From Clostridia bacterium (lineage in GTDB: Bacteria; Bacillota; Clostridia; UBA1212; DUPL01): a DNA stretch of 64,000 bases. Each line of letters starts with the position of its first letter. Position 1 is the first letter of the stretch. Below are positions 8,206-19,100 of this stretch, one piece after another. Made by a program: the position numbers and the translations under genes. The DNA is taken from the NCBI GenBank assembly GCA_050951325.1, contig JBMNIW010000012.1:1-64000 (forward strand), read 5' to 3'. The notes beneath the pieces are model-generated. The model searched no databases and was not told the DNA's origin. It was given only the letters and a program-made list of their open reading frames with translations.

Positions 8206-9390
8206 TCAGTATTTCCGCCATACCATTCTGTCAACCACACCAGTATAAGACTGGATGATTTTTACGACCTTAGTCGATACGTTTTCCTCGATGTAGTCCG
8301 GAACGGGGATTCCGTAGTCACCATTTCTGTTCATCTCAACCGCGGTGTCAACGGCCTGCAGCAGTGATTTCTCGTCAATCCCGGCAAGGATAAAGCAGGC
8401 CTTGTCAAGTGCTTCGGGGCGCTCGGTGGAGGTTCTTATGCACACCGCCGGGAACGGATGACCTATTGATGTGAAGAAGCTTGATTCCTCCGGCAGAGTT
8501 CCGGAATCCGAAACAACCGCAAAAGCGTTCATCTGTAGCTTGTTGTAGTCGTGGAATCCGAGCGGCTCGTGCTGAATCACGCGGCGGTCAAGCACAAAGC
8601 CCGATGCCTCAAGCCGCTTCTTTGAGCGCGGATGGCAGGAATAGAGAATCGGCATATCGTACTTTTCAGCCATTCTGTTGATTGCGTTGAACAGGGAGAG
8701 GAAGTTCTTTTCGGTATCAATGTTTTCCTCTCTGTGCGCGGAAAGCAGAATATATTTTTTCGGTTTGAGGTTTAGTCTGTCAAGAATATCCGAAGCCTCA
8801 ATATCCTTGAGATTCGCGTGCAGCACCTCCGCCATAGGCGAGCCGGTAACATATGTACGTTCCTTCGGCAGACCGCACTCGGCAAGGTATCTTCTCGCAT
8901 GTTCGGAATACGCGAGGTTCACGTCGGAAATAATGTCTACAATCCTCCTGTTGGTTTCCTCCGGCAGGCATTCGTCCTTGCAGCGATTTCCCGCTTCCAT
9001 ATGGAAAATCGGAATATGCAGACGCTTTGCTGAGATTGCCGACAGACAGCTGTTCGTGTCGCCGAGAATCAGAAGCGCGTCGGGCTTAATCTGGCTCATC
9101 AACTTATAAGAGCAGTTGATAATGTTTCCGATGGTTGCACCGAGGTCATCCCCCACAGCATCCATATAAACTTCGGGTTTCTTAAGTTTCAAGTCATGAA
9201 AAAAAACACCGTTGAGATTGTAGTCATAATTCTGTCCGGTGTGAGCGAGAATACAGTCAAAGTATTCTCTGCATTTATTGATCACGGCTGCCAAGCGGAT
9301 AATTTCCGGGCGTGTGCCGACGATGATCAGCAGTTTCAGCTTTCCGTTATTTTGAAAACGGATATCGGAATAATCGAGTTTCATTACCAT
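8206..9390 (-). CDS. fnlC: UDP-sugar 2-epimerase, WecB/Cap5G type (UDP-L-FucNAc pathway)
   Basis: GTRPEIIR, HTGQNYD, LGDTNS, HMEAGNR, PEETNR, DSGT; follows fnlA-fnlB. Confidence 0.92.
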   Translation of the reverse strand: MVMKLDYSDIRFQNNGKLKLLIIVGTRPEIIRLAAVINKCREYFDCILAHTGQNYDYNLNGVFFHDLKLKKPEVYMDAVGDDLGATIGNIINCSYKLMSQIKPDALLILGDTNSCLSAISAKRLHIPIFHMEAGNRCKDECLPEETNRRIVDIISDVNLAYSEHARRYLAECGLPKERTYVTGSPMAEVLHANLKDIEASDILDRLNLKPKKYILLSAHREENIDTEKNFLSLFNAINRMAEKYDMPILYSCHPRSKKRLEASGFVLDRRVIQHEPLGFHDYNKLQMNAFAVVSDSGTLPEESSFFTSIGHPFPAVCIRTSTERPEALDKACFILAGIDEKSLLQAVDTAVEMNRNGDYGIPVPDYIEENVSTKVVKIIQSYTGVVDRMVWRKY

Positions 9391-9393
9391 AGC

Positions 9394-10572
9394 TCACACC
9401 TTTTCAAAGTAAGTATCCGGCTTATCCGGATTGAAGCATTCGTTTGCCCACATGATCGTGACGAGGTCTTCGGTTTCGGAGAGATTGATAATATTATGCG
9501 TATAACCCGGAATCATCTCCACAACCTGAATTTTCTCACCGCTTACCTGAAATTCAATAACAGGATAGTCAGAGCCGTTTTCATCCTTGCCTATCTTGCG
9601 CATCTGAATGAGTGCTGTGCCTTTTACTACGACAAATTTTTCGTTCTTGCTGTGATGCCAGTGATTGCCCTTCGTAATTCCGGGTTTGGACACATTCACA
9701 CTGAACTGCCCGCGGTCAGGAGTGCGGATAATTTCGGTAAAGCTCCCCCGCTCGTCACGGTTCATTTTCAAGTCGTAAATCAGCTTGTCCGCTGGAAGGT
9801 AGGACAGCCATGTGCTGTACAGCTTAGAAACAAGTGGATCGGTGAAATCCGGCACTCCGAAAGAAGCGCGAATCTCCGGAAAGCTTTTAATCGTTTCAGC
9901 AATAAAGCCGAGTGTAGTTTCATAATGAACAGGAACGGTGCAGTACGCGCCGTTTGTCGTTTCATTTCCGCCGAGCGCGCGAAGCATTTCGTCAACCAGG
10001 TCGTCTATGTATACAATATCCATCTGAACCGACGGATCATTTACTTGTATCGGCAAACCATTTGCAGTATTATGGCAGAAAGTTGCAATTGCGCTGTTGT
10101 AATTCGGTCTGCACCACTTCCCGAAAAGGTTGGGAAAACGATAGACAAGCACCTTTGCGCCTGTTTCCTTGGCATAACTGAAGAATAACTCTTCCCCTGC
10201 TCTTTTACTTTGACCGTATTCGCTTCCGGCGTAACGTCCCTCAAGGCTTGCCTGAATGGAACTGGAAAGCATAACCGGGCAGGTGTTTTTATATTTTTTC
10301 AGCGTATTCAGCAGGGTCGATGCAAAGCCGAAGTTCCCTGCCATAAAATCACTCTGCTCTTTCGGTCGGTTTACACCAGCAAGGTTAAATACAAAGTCAG
10401 CTTTCGCGCAGTATTCGTCAAGTTCAGCAAAATCAGAGTCAATGTCATAAAGGTAAAGCTCGCCAATATCAAGCTCAGGGTGCGTTTTATCTTTGCCTTC
10501 TTTGATGTTTTTCAGCGCTTCGGTCAGATTTTTCCCCACAAACCCCTTCGCACCGGTGATGAGTATGTTCAT
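9394..10572 (-). CDS. fnlB: Cap5F-type reductase with C-terminal cupin
   Basis: TGAKGFVG, NLAGVNRP, YGQSK, GKWCRPNYNS, KGNHWHH. TAATG overlap with fnlA. Confidence 0.92.
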   Translation of the reverse strand: MNILITGAKGFVGKNLTEALKNIKEGKDKTHPELDIGELYLYDIDSDFAELDEYCAKADFVFNLAGVNRPKEQSDFMAGNFGFASTLLNTLKKYKNTCPVMLSSSIQASLEGRYAGSEYGQSKRAGEELFFSYAKETGAKVLVYRFPNLFGKWCRPNYNSAIATFCHNTANGLPIQVNDPSVQMDIVYIDDLVDEMLRALGGNETTNGAYCTVPVHYETTLGFIAETIKSFPEIRASFGVPDFTDPLVSKLYSTWLSYLPADKLIYDLKMNRDERGSFTEIIRTPDRGQFSVNVSKPGITKGNHWHHSKNEKFVVVKGTALIQMRKIGKDENGSDYPVIEFQVSGEKIQVVEMIPGYTHNIINLSETEDLVTIMWANECFNPDKPDTYFEKV

Positions 10573-11618
10573 TACTTGTTCTCCCATGCTGCGATTTCAT
10601 CTCTGATATACTGCAAAGAAAGCAGCTTTTCTTTAACTTGCTCAACATTAAGAAGTTCCGTGTTGTTGGAGTTGAACTCGGTTAAAGTATTGCGCTTTGT
10701 ATCTCCTTCTTTGAAATATTTATCGTAGTTGAGATCGCGTTTATCGCAAGGAACACGATAGAAGTTCCCGAGATCAATGGCATTTGCACACTCTTCGTTG
10801 GTCAGAAGGGTTTCGTACATCTTTTCGCCGTGGCGGATACCGATAATGCGAATATCGTCATCAGAGTGGAACAGTTCTTTTACCGCCTGAGCAAGCACGC
10901 CGATTGTGCAAGCCGGCGCTTTCTGAACAAGTATATCACCGCTTGTCCCGTTTTTAAAGGCAAACAAAACAAGATCGACCGCCTCGTCAAGCGACATGAT
11001 GAAACGGGTCATGTTGGGGTCCGTAATTGTGATAGGCTTTCCCGCCTTAATCTGTTCAATCCAAAGCGGAATGACCGACCCACGGGAGCACATGACATTA
11101 CCATATCGGGTACAGCAAATTTTCGTCTTGTCCGGATCAACCGTACGAGACTTCGCCACAATAACCTTTTCCATCATGGCCTTGCTTGTCCCCATTGCGT
11201 TTACGGGGTATGCCGCTTTATCGGTAGAGAGGCAAATGACCGTCTTTACGCCTGCCTCAATTGCGGCGGTCAGCACATTGTCGGTTCCGATCACGTTGGT
11301 TTTAACCGCTTCCATCGGGAAAAACTCGCAGGACGGCACTTGTTTTAAGGCCGCCGCGTGGAATATATAGTCAACGCCGTGCATGGCGTTCTTGACCGAC
11401 GCAATATCGCGCACGTCTCCGATATAAAATTTGATTTTATCCGCGACATCCGGCATCTTTGCCTGATACTCGTGCCGCATATCATCCTGCTTTTTTTCGT
11501 CGCGGGAGAAGATGCGAATCTCGCCGATGTCGGTATATAAAAAGCGATTGAGAACGGCATTGCCGAAGGAGCCGGTCCCGCCGGTGATGAGTAGGGTTTT
11601 TTGTGTGAAATGTCCCAT
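10572..11618 (-). CDS. fnlA: UDP-GlcNAc 4,6-dehydratase/epimerase, Cap5E type
   Basis: TGGTGSFG, FSRDEKKQ, HAAALKQVPSCEF, LSTDKA, RYGNV, RHGEK. Confidence 0.95.
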   Translation of the reverse strand: MGHFTQKTLLITGGTGSFGNAVLNRFLYTDIGEIRIFSRDEKKQDDMRHEYQAKMPDVADKIKFYIGDVRDIASVKNAMHGVDYIFHAAALKQVPSCEFFPMEAVKTNVIGTDNVLTAAIEAGVKTVICLSTDKAAYPVNAMGTSKAMMEKVIVAKSRTVDPDKTKICCTRYGNVMCSRGSVIPLWIEQIKAGKPITITDPNMTRFIMSLDEAVDLVLFAFKNGTSGDILVQKAPACTIGVLAQAVKELFHSDDDIRIIGIRHGEKMYETLLTNEECANAIDLGNFYRVPCDKRDLNYDKYFKEGDTKRNTLTEFNSNNTELLNVEQVKEKLLSLQYIRDEIAAWENK

Positions 11619-11637
11619 GTTAAATTCCTCCGCTCGA

Positions 11638-12717
11638 TTAATCTAAAAGCTTATGCTCATCCAAAAATTGATAATACATCCGTAAAGCCTTCATTCTGCC
11701 GCAATCACAAACTCTTTCCTTTAAGAACAGAATAACAAAAATCAAAAAATAATCCTTACGCCTGGTTTCGTCATATGCCATGCCGAAATGCGCGAAATAA
11801 TCCCGCACAAGCTTATCGCATTCACCGCTAATATAGCAGTCCAGTGCCTCCGGGCTATTGGCATACACGGCAGAATTCAGCATATAGAAAAACAAATCGT
11901 AAAAGAAGACCCGTTCTCCCGCATGCTCCCAATCAATCCACCAATAGTCCGTACAACCATCGGATTCGCCGTAAAGCAGATTGTCCTGGGAAAGGTCGCC
12001 GTGCTGCGAACATAACGGTATCTGCACAGACAAAAGATCACGGCCAATTTTGGACGTAAGCTCTGTCATTAAAATGTTCATTTCCTGGTCTTCATATGCA
12101 AATTTTACAGCCTCACCCAAACACAGCGTATGATGATGCCTTTGCTCCGCGGACTGATATGCCTTGGTAGATTGGACGATACACCGCAGCGCTTCGATTT
12201 CGGGTGGGCGCTGTTTCAACTCCACCATCGCAATTTCAAAGGAATTGGCATAGGAAGATCCTTTTTTTATCGCAGGCATTTTAAATGCTCTGTGCCATTT
12301 TTCATATTGGGAAATCTGCTCCGCACAGACCAGTTCCGAAGTGCAAATGGTCAAAATTCTTTTTTCGCTGAAGGAGAACAGCTTAACCTCTCTTATCTTG
12401 TCATAATTGTTCGCTGTATAGATGGCTTCATAACATCCCGTCTGTTTATCATTTGTAAAACCATACAACCGATTGAGAAACGAAACGATACAACGGGTTC
12501 GCTGGGAATAATCTTTTTTGGCAAAGTAAGTCTCCGCCCGGTTTAAAACCTGGGGCTCATGCAGAGCCATTGCGCGCATACTCGGAAAAAGCCTGTATTT
12601 TCCCGGCCGCATACTCGCGCTATACTGTTTCAGAACAGACTTTAGATAACTGCATTCACGAAAATAATGCGCTAGCATTTTAAGCTGTTTGCCCAACAGC
12701 AGCTCCTCCTCAAGCAT
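11638..12717 (-). CDS. Putative phosphotransferase (APH/choline-kinase-like fold)
   Basis: HGDLSQDN and WIDWE motifs. Confidence 0.65.
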   Translation of the reverse strand: MLEEELLLGKQLKMLAHYFRECSYLKSVLKQYSASMRPGKYRLFPSMRAMALHEPQVLNRAETYFAKKDYSQRTRCIVSFLNRLYGFTNDKQTGCYEAIYTANNYDKIREVKLFSFSEKRILTICTSELVCAEQISQYEKWHRAFKMPAIKKGSSYANSFEIAMVELKQRPPEIEALRCIVQSTKAYQSAEQRHHHTLCLGEAVKFAYEDQEMNILMTELTSKIGRDLLSVQIPLCSQHGDLSQDNLLYGESDGCTDYWWIDWEHAGERVFFYDLFFYMLNSAVYANSPEALDCYISGECDKLVRDYFAHFGMAYDETRRKDYFLIFVILFLKERVCDCGRMKALRMYYQFLDEHKLLD

Positions 12718-14149
12718 GATGATCAGATGATATCTTTTTCTTCTTCTTCAGCTTATCCAAAAACATCGAAAGAATATCTTTCACCAATCCTAAATTCAAA
12801 TAAACCGCAATAGCTGCAGCGATAACCAACCAAACCATGTTGAATGTTGTTGTGCCATGAAAATACAGTACATCACTGACAACCAACATCACTATCGTCA
12901 GCAATATCTTGCCGACTTCAACACCCGACTGGAATTCATGCCGTACAAGTATGCAACGCAGCAGTACCAGCGCCACCTCTGAAGCCATTGAGCCCAAAAC
13001 CGCCGCCCATAGGCCGATTTGGTCCACAAGCAACAAAACAACAAGCAAATTCACTGCCATGCCCACAACATTTGTCATCAGGCTGCGCTGTGTTTTCCCT
13101 TGTGCGGAAAAAATTTGTGAGAAAAACCCCGATATCGTGGAAAGTCCCGATACCAGAAGCAAGAAAGGCGCGTACGGAATCGAGGCATAGTAGCTCTCGG
13201 CAATCATAAACGGGAAAACAACGCTCATAAACGGAACGATGGTCGCTATTGCCGTGAAAACCAGCTTAAAGTACATATTGAAGGTTTTTGTGAAAAAAGC
13301 CTTGAATTTCTCCGTACCGTATTCCGCAATGGCGGATTCCTGCCAGGACATCATAAATACTGTGGTAACCATAGTCAAAACGCTAGAAAATTTATTGGCA
13401 ACCGTATATATGCCATTCACATCAAGACCGCATCGCGTCGAGATAATGAGCGTATTGACGGACGAGGTCAGCCACCAAAAGGTAGCGCTGGGTATAAGCG
13501 GTGCCGAAAATCGAATCATGCTTTTGGCTACACTGAGCTTAAAGCATTTGAAATCCAAAAGCCTAAAGGTATGGATATTGAGCTCGGCAAATATGAGGAA
13601 GAATACCTCGGAGATAATAGTCGCCAAAAACAGCGTTTCCGCGCCCAAATTAAAACAGTATATCAGCGCTATCTGCAATACCAGATACATTGCTGTTTTA
13701 ATTAAGTTCCCCTGGACATAAACCAGATTTTTACCAAGGCTTCTTGCCAGCCGCTGATACAATACATACAGGTTGGAGGTAATCATATACAATGTCACAA
13801 GTACGGGATGCGGTATATCTAGAAAGAACGCGTCCGTTGTGAACACACCAACCACGGTAACGATTGAGCTAAGCACAGCGATCACAAAGGTGACGGTAAA
13901 ATATTCTTTTCTTTCACTTTCGGTGTCGGATCTCAGAAGAAATTTAAAAACCGCATCCGTTATCTGCAGTGTAACAAAGGGCGTTACAAGCTTTGATACG
14001 GTCACGACAAGATTATAAACGCCATACTCCTCCGGCGCAATACGTCCCGTTATAAATCTCAGCAACACCAGACTCATGATTTGAGTCAAGACATTACCTA
14101 TGAAATAAATCATAGTACCGTTAAGCAGTTTTTTCGTTGATTTATCCAT
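12710..14149 (-). CDS. wzx: Polysaccharide flippase
   Basis: Many TM segments, EEYGVYNL motif, position in the locus. Confidence 0.88.
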   Translation of the reverse strand: MDKSTKKLLNGTMIYFIGNVLTQIMSLVLLRFITGRIAPEEYGVYNLVVTVSKLVTPFVTLQITDAVFKFLLRSDTESERKEYFTVTFVIAVLSSIVTVVGVFTTDAFFLDIPHPVLVTLYMITSNLYVLYQRLARSLGKNLVYVQGNLIKTAMYLVLQIALIYCFNLGAETLFLATIISEVFFLIFAELNIHTFRLLDFKCFKLSVAKSMIRFSAPLIPSATFWWLTSSVNTLIISTRCGLDVNGIYTVANKFSSVLTMVTTVFMMSWQESAIAEYGTEKFKAFFTKTFNMYFKLVFTAIATIVPFMSVVFPFMIAESYYASIPYAPFLLLVSGLSTISGFFSQIFSAQGKTQRSLMTNVVGMAVNLLVVLLLVDQIGLWAAVLGSMASEVALVLLRCILVRHEFQSGVEVGKILLTIVMLVVSDVLYFHGTTTFNMVWLVIAAAIAVYLNLGLVKDILSMFLDKLKKKKKISSDHHA

Positions 14150-14179
14150 TCAAATTGCCTTTCGATCGAAGTACTTATT

Positions 14180-15340
14180 TCAGCCTTTCTTTATCCAGTC
14201 ATCCCGCAGAAGCTCTGCTCTGCTGCAAATACCGTCCTGATGCGGAAAGGGCTTTTTTTCACCGTTAAGCAAGGCCTGTGCCAATACCAAAAGCTTACTC
14301 GCAGCGTTTTCGGCATTCCACTCGTTTGCTATTGTAGTATAAGCATTTTTAGATATTTCCCTTCTTTTTCCGGGGTTATCCATCAGCGACTTAACCTTTT
14401 GATACATATCGTCCATATCGCCATTTTTATAAATATATCCGTTCTTGCCGTTGTCAAGCAAAAACGGAACCGAGCCTATTGCATGACTGGCAACAACGGC
14501 ACATCCCGAGTTCATAGACTCATTCAGCACCGCTCCCCAGCCCTCGTTTCTATCCGAACTAAACAGGAAAATCTCACTTTTCTCCATATACGCCCTTACT
14601 TGCTCCGGCTTCATTGCACCCAGCATATGTACGCAGTCCGAAAGTCCCTGCTCCTCAATCAGCGACCGTATTTTGCCTTCAAGCTCACCGTTTCCGATGA
14701 TATTCAGCTCAAAGCGATACCCGTCGGCCTTCAGCCTTCGTGCAACCTCCACCACCGCCTCGGGATGCTTCCATTCTATGAGTCTGGCGACCCAGAGAAG
14801 GGAAGCAGGCTGCTTTCCTCGGATAAGCGCGTCAATATCATATTTTTTCAGCTCTGTAAAGTAGCCCCACTTATATGCTCTGTTGAGAAACGTAAACGTT
14901 TTTGCATAGTCCGCGGAGGTAAATGCGCTTGCACAAAGGATATATATACTTTTATGCTTGATGTATTTATGATAGTTGATCCAAAAATGTCTTGGCAGCT
15001 TATAATAGGGACACCCCTTTTTATAGACCCGCTCCGAATACTTAAATGTAATCTTGTTGTTTTTCAGTCTGTTTTTCAGCAGGCCGTAAGGTGCGCTTCC
15101 ATGTACCACCACATCGGCATTGTCAATCAGCCTCTGACATTCTGCAAATGTAGCCTCACTGGTATAGCTCTGCTTGACATACGGCGACTTGGTATCTCCG
15201 CCCCAGCCCATCCGTAAGCGTTCCTCGCTGATCGGCTCGGTTTCGATGAAGTGATAGCTGTCACCTAAAAGCGAATACAGGGCATCAGACAGGGGTTTTT
15301 GATGATGATTGAAAAAATTCGATGTAAAAACAACCGTCAT
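14180..15340 (-). CDS. Glycosyltransferase family 4
   Basis: VARLIEWK and EGWGAVLNESM (EX7E). Confidence 0.9.
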   Translation of the reverse strand: MTVVFTSNFFNHHQKPLSDALYSLLGDSYHFIETEPISEERLRMGWGGDTKSPYVKQSYTSEATFAECQRLIDNADVVVHGSAPYGLLKNRLKNNKITFKYSERVYKKGCPYYKLPRHFWINYHKYIKHKSIYILCASAFTSADYAKTFTFLNRAYKWGYFTELKKYDIDALIRGKQPASLLWVARLIEWKHPEAVVEVARRLKADGYRFELNIIGNGELEGKIRSLIEEQGLSDCVHMLGAMKPEQVRAYMEKSEIFLFSSDRNEGWGAVLNESMNSGCAVVASHAIGSVPFLLDNGKNGYIYKNGDMDDMYQKVKSLMDNPGKRREISKNAYTTIANEWNAENAASKLLVLAQALLNGEKKPFPHQDGICSRAELLRDDWIKKG

Positions 15341-15342
15341 GT

Positions 15343-16557
15343 CTATCCCAACCTTTGATAAAGCTTGATATACTCTCCAAATCTTGCGTACATGTCAAAG
15401 CGCTTGGCTCTTTCTATGCAAGCCTGACGGGAATAAGGCGTCTCCGTGCAAATCCGGATGAGTTCTTTCTCCATCGCGTCCACATCGTCACAATCAACCA
15501 CACAGCCGCAGGTCTCGTCCAGAACTTCCGGGCTGCCGCCAGTAGAAAACGTTAAAACCGGTGTGCCGCAAGCAAGAGATTCTATATTAACTGTCGGAAA
15601 ATTATCTTCTCTTGTTGGATTAGCAAACACGTCAGCCGCAGTATATATTTGTGCCAGCTCTGTAGCATTTTGCGTCCGGTGGATGGATATGATGTTGGAC
15701 GGAAGCTGCTTGTCCACAATATCATCGGTTCCTACAAGCACAATTTGATATTTTTCGGCGTCGAGACGTCTGGAAAGCTCGATAAAAACATCGAGACCCT
15801 TACGCTTGCCCCAGCCGAAGGCTACACCGAGGACAATGAACCTTCCCTCTAAATGATATGTCTGACGGAAATCGCTGGGGGTCGGTTGAAATATGCTGAG
15901 ATCAACCCCATTGTTTATCACTTCGATGGCGTATGCTTTCAAAAACGATTGTTTCACCAGATCCGCCAGCCATTGGGACGGGGCGACCAGGTTCATATGC
16001 GCTACCCCGCAAAACCACTCTTTTTTCTTTTTGTACATAGCCTTTGTGTTGTCTAGCTTGCTGACCGGGTATGCGCTTAACTGCGGACAGTGGTGGCAAC
16101 CCGTTTTCCACTTTTCGCACTTGACCATGGTAAAGTGCGGGCAATGGCCGGTGAATGGCCAACAGTCGTGAAGTGTCCAAACCACCCGGACACCGCTTGA
16201 TTGGAGATATCGGAAAAGCATCGGCAGATTGATACAGAATTTATGGAGATTATGCAAATGCACAATATCCGGCTTGAATTGCTTTAAATCATCGATAAGC
16301 TGCCTTGTACCTCTGCGGGAATAACATCCGTTCCGCCCAAGCAGGACCCCAAGAAATGTATGCCTTTTGTTTTCGGACATACTGCCGAAAACAAAATGAT
16401 TTTTCAAGTCCGGCTCCACAGCTTTTTTGCTTTTGTTGTACGGAATGGTGGAATAGGTTCTTACTTCCATCCCGTATCCTCTTGCTGTTTCAGCGATTTG
16501 AAGCATAATTTTACCCGTGCTGCCGTACGGAATCATGTTTATTCCTGCAATTCGCAT
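15343..16557 (-). CDS. Glycosyltransferase family 4 (WcaC-like)
   Basis: HLHNLH, WTLHDCW, DNFPTVNIESLACGTPV. Confidence 0.9.
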   Translation of the reverse strand: MRIAGINMIPYGSTGKIMLQIAETARGYGMEVRTYSTIPYNKSKKAVEPDLKNHFVFGSMSENKRHTFLGVLLGRNGCYSRRGTRQLIDDLKQFKPDIVHLHNLHKFCINLPMLFRYLQSSGVRVVWTLHDCWPFTGHCPHFTMVKCEKWKTGCHHCPQLSAYPVSKLDNTKAMYKKKKEWFCGVAHMNLVAPSQWLADLVKQSFLKAYAIEVINNGVDLSIFQPTPSDFRQTYHLEGRFIVLGVAFGWGKRKGLDVFIELSRRLDAEKYQIVLVGTDDIVDKQLPSNIISIHRTQNATELAQIYTAADVFANPTREDNFPTVNIESLACGTPVLTFSTGGSPEVLDETCGCVVDCDDVDAMEKELIRICTETPYSRQACIERAKRFDMYARFGEYIKLYQRLG

Positions 16558-16594
16558 AATGCTTCTCCTCCCGCCGTAGTTATCCCTGCAGTAT

Positions 16595-17866
16595 TCAATA
16601 GTTCACGGTTCCGTCTGCAGCAAGATATTCAATTTTGGGGTGTAACCTTTTCTCCTCGCTAAGCAGATACGTAACCGCACCATCTATAAAACAGTAGGAG
16701 GCCAGCAACCACGGCATACCCGCTAGAATGGGCTCCATCAAAAACTGTATATTAATTACAACATAAATACAAGCGACCAGTTGTCGCGTTTCAAAGCTGA
16801 GTTGTTTGCTGCGCATCGTTCGCACCATCCGTAAAAACGACGAAATTATATATATCGTGATGGTCAAAAGTGCAAAAATACCGGCCTCATCGTAAGTATC
16901 CAGATACAGATCGTGGGCATGGTGTCCGTAGAGCTGTCTGATTTGATTCCCGCCAAACGGATAGTCCCAGAAATATCTGATGTATGCCATTTTATGTTCC
17001 ATTCGGTTATCCCGATTAATCTCTTGGGTGTATTCACCTTTAAAGAATCGATAATAGAAATTTGAACTTTCAACCGAAGTTCTGAGGCCAAAGATGTTCT
17101 CGTTATATAAATACACGATGGCCACAGCTATCAGGGTAATGAACACTAGGGTCTTGAAGAATTTTCTCTTTGTTACAACACTTCTGTGCACAAAGGCAAA
17201 AACCACTAAAATGGCTATAAGCACAAAAAGGGTTCTTCCGGCAAGAATCAAGTTATACCCAAGTATAGAAATAATCGCTGCAGCTGCAATGATCTTTTTC
17301 TTCTTGCTGGCATCTGAAAAGAAAAATGCTGCTATAACGCCAACCATTAAGGCGGCAAGCGTAGCCTGCCCCGTTGCACTCATCTCGGCTCTGGTCCAAA
17401 AATCTATAACATGTCTGGTTTTGGAACTCATGTTGATAAACATATTGAGCAAAAAGTGTCCCATCGTCCCTGCCGTCAAAACATACACAACCATATGGAT
17501 ATCATACTCGGCAGTGACAAGAGCATTGTCCGAAGCGGATCTGCTTTTGAACAGACTTGCCCCCATAAGGTAGCATATGGGGTACACAAACGGCTTCAGA
17601 ATATAGGTAAACTTCGTCTGTGATGTGGGATCGAATAGCAATATGGACATCGAAAATAAAATCAAAACCGCCAATGTCGAATTACTGGAAATCTTTCTGC
17701 ACGGAGTACCAATAAAGCAAAAAAAGGCTATAAACACGCAGTAATAGTATCGATTGATAAAGTCTGCCGAAGCCAAAAACATACATCCCATAATGATGAA
17801 TGTAAACAATGCCGGCTCAGCCAATCGGGAATGCTTGACGTCCTTTATCTGATTCAGCATGACCAC
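16595..17866 (-). CDS. wzy: O-antigen polymerase/ligase-like membrane protein
   Basis: About ten TM segments, GRT and HAHDLYL in loops; locus context. Confidence 0.75.
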   Translation of the reverse strand: MVMLNQIKDVKHSRLAEPALFTFIIMGCMFLASADFINRYYYCVFIAFFCFIGTPCRKISSNSTLAVLILFSMSILLFDPTSQTKFTYILKPFVYPICYLMGASLFKSRSASDNALVTAEYDIHMVVYVLTAGTMGHFLLNMFINMSSKTRHVIDFWTRAEMSATGQATLAALMVGVIAAFFFSDASKKKKIIAAAAIISILGYNLILAGRTLFVLIAILVVFAFVHRSVVTKRKFFKTLVFITLIAVAIVYLYNENIFGLRTSVESSNFYYRFFKGEYTQEINRDNRMEHKMAYIRYFWDYPFGGNQIRQLYGHHAHDLYLDTYDEAGIFALLTITIYIISSFLRMVRTMRSKQLSFETRQLVACIYVVINIQFLMEPILAGMPWLLASYCFIDGAVTYLLSEEKRLHPKIEYLAADGTVNY

Positions 17867-17887
17867 TCCCTCCCGAACAAATAAAAT

Positions 17888-19099
17888 TTAGATTATTCTC
17901 AGCTTTCTGATAAAAAAGCGGATTTTGGCAGGCACAAACGCGCCATAAATGGATGCCAGGATCTTTTTTCTGTGTGTTTTGCCCAAATAAGTTTTTTTCC
18001 ACAGGCCTTTGTAGCCCTTTTGATCTACAGCGTTATAAAAATCCTCTCTCTCATGAGGCCTTTTTACAGGGTGCTCAAAATTATCGTTGGATTTTACCGC
18101 TTCCTTCTGGGTTAAGGGATCATAGAACACAAACCGGCCCCTGACCGACTCTGCAAGCTGTTTTCCCTTTTGTGAGTTAATCCCGACAACCGAAATCCCT
18201 TCAGTAAATCTTCTTTTATACTTAACCCAATAGCCCCAGAAATCACCTATTGTCCAATCGGCAACCCGCTCGGGCTTAGCAAAACGACACCGATAACAGG
18301 ATTCGCGTAAATTCAGACCATAAAAAAATGCGCTGAAATAGGCGGGCAGTATAGGTCTGTATTTCTTCTGTCTGCCGTTTTTTTGATAAACAACGCAAGT
18401 ACGATGCTCGGACCCCCACCCGTGCTTTTCCTTGTTGCGAAACTGAACGCTTAACACCCTGCCGCCAAGTTTTTTCTCAAGATGCTTGACATATGCCCCG
18501 AAAAGCCCAGGGCTGGGAACACCGTGACAAAGGATCTCTACACAAAGCAGCTTTTCATATTCCCCACCTAGATATAAGCGCAACGCGGCAACCTGACAGG
18601 CAGTGCCGGTAAATAGAACGGTATTGCCCTCCTCCAAAAGCCGCTTTATTTCTGCAAAGCACTGATTGGCACGGCTCTGTACATATTTTGAGCCAAACAT
18701 GCGCTCAACATCCTCGCGTCTGTTGGCAATCATGTGCTCGGCCTGCATGTCGGCGTTATAGACGCAACCGCAAACATACCCGCCATGTTGCAGAACGTAA
18801 TCCGCAAGAACACCAAAAACACCACCCGATGAGCTTTTGAGCAAAGTTTCCTTATACGAAATAATCGAAGAGAAATATTCTCTCTCATCCTGATAATACA
18901 GTCTGTCCGCCGCAGCCGTGGTGGGACATATCCGGAGACAACGACCGCAATTGGCACAAAGGCTCTCATCCACAACGGGGGCAAAAAAGCCCTCGCCATC
19001 CATCTGCATAGATATACATTTTGGGGGGCATTTTTCGGTACACAGCCCGCAGCCGGTACAGACGTTTTTATCTATACGGGTAATGTTATTCGGCTCCAT
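17888..19099 (-). CDS. FrhB/FdhB-like Fe-S protein (F420 hydrogenase beta-subunit-like)
   Basis: Two CxxCxxCxxxCP motifs, SSSGGVF, GSKYVQS, ILCHGVPS, RESCYRC, TIGDFWG. Start at MEPNN. Confidence 0.88.
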   Translation of the reverse strand: MEPNNITRIDKNVCTGCGLCTEKCPPKCISMQMDGEGFFAPVVDESLCANCGRCLRICPTTAAADRLYYQDEREYFSSIISYKETLLKSSSGGVFGVLADYVLQHGGYVCGCVYNADMQAEHMIANRREDVERMFGSKYVQSRANQCFAEIKRLLEEGNTVLFTGTACQVAALRLYLGGEYEKLLCVEILCHGVPSPGLFGAYVKHLEKKLGGRVLSVQFRNKEKHGWGSEHRTCVVYQKNGRQKKYRPILPAYFSAFFYGLNLRESCYRCRFAKPERVADWTIGDFWGYWVKYKRRFTEGISVVGINSQKGKQLAESVRGRFVFYDPLTQKEAVKSNDNFEHPVKRPHEREDFYNAVDQKGYKGLWKKTYLGKTHRKKILASIYGAFVPAKIRFFIRKLRII

Positions 19100-19100
19100 G

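Noticed and set aside
9196-10188. 330-aa plus-strand ORF
   Set aside because: Antisense shadow of fnlB/fnlC with no motifs.
14240-15217. 325-aa plus-strand ORF
   Set aside because: Antisense shadow of a glycosyltransferase.
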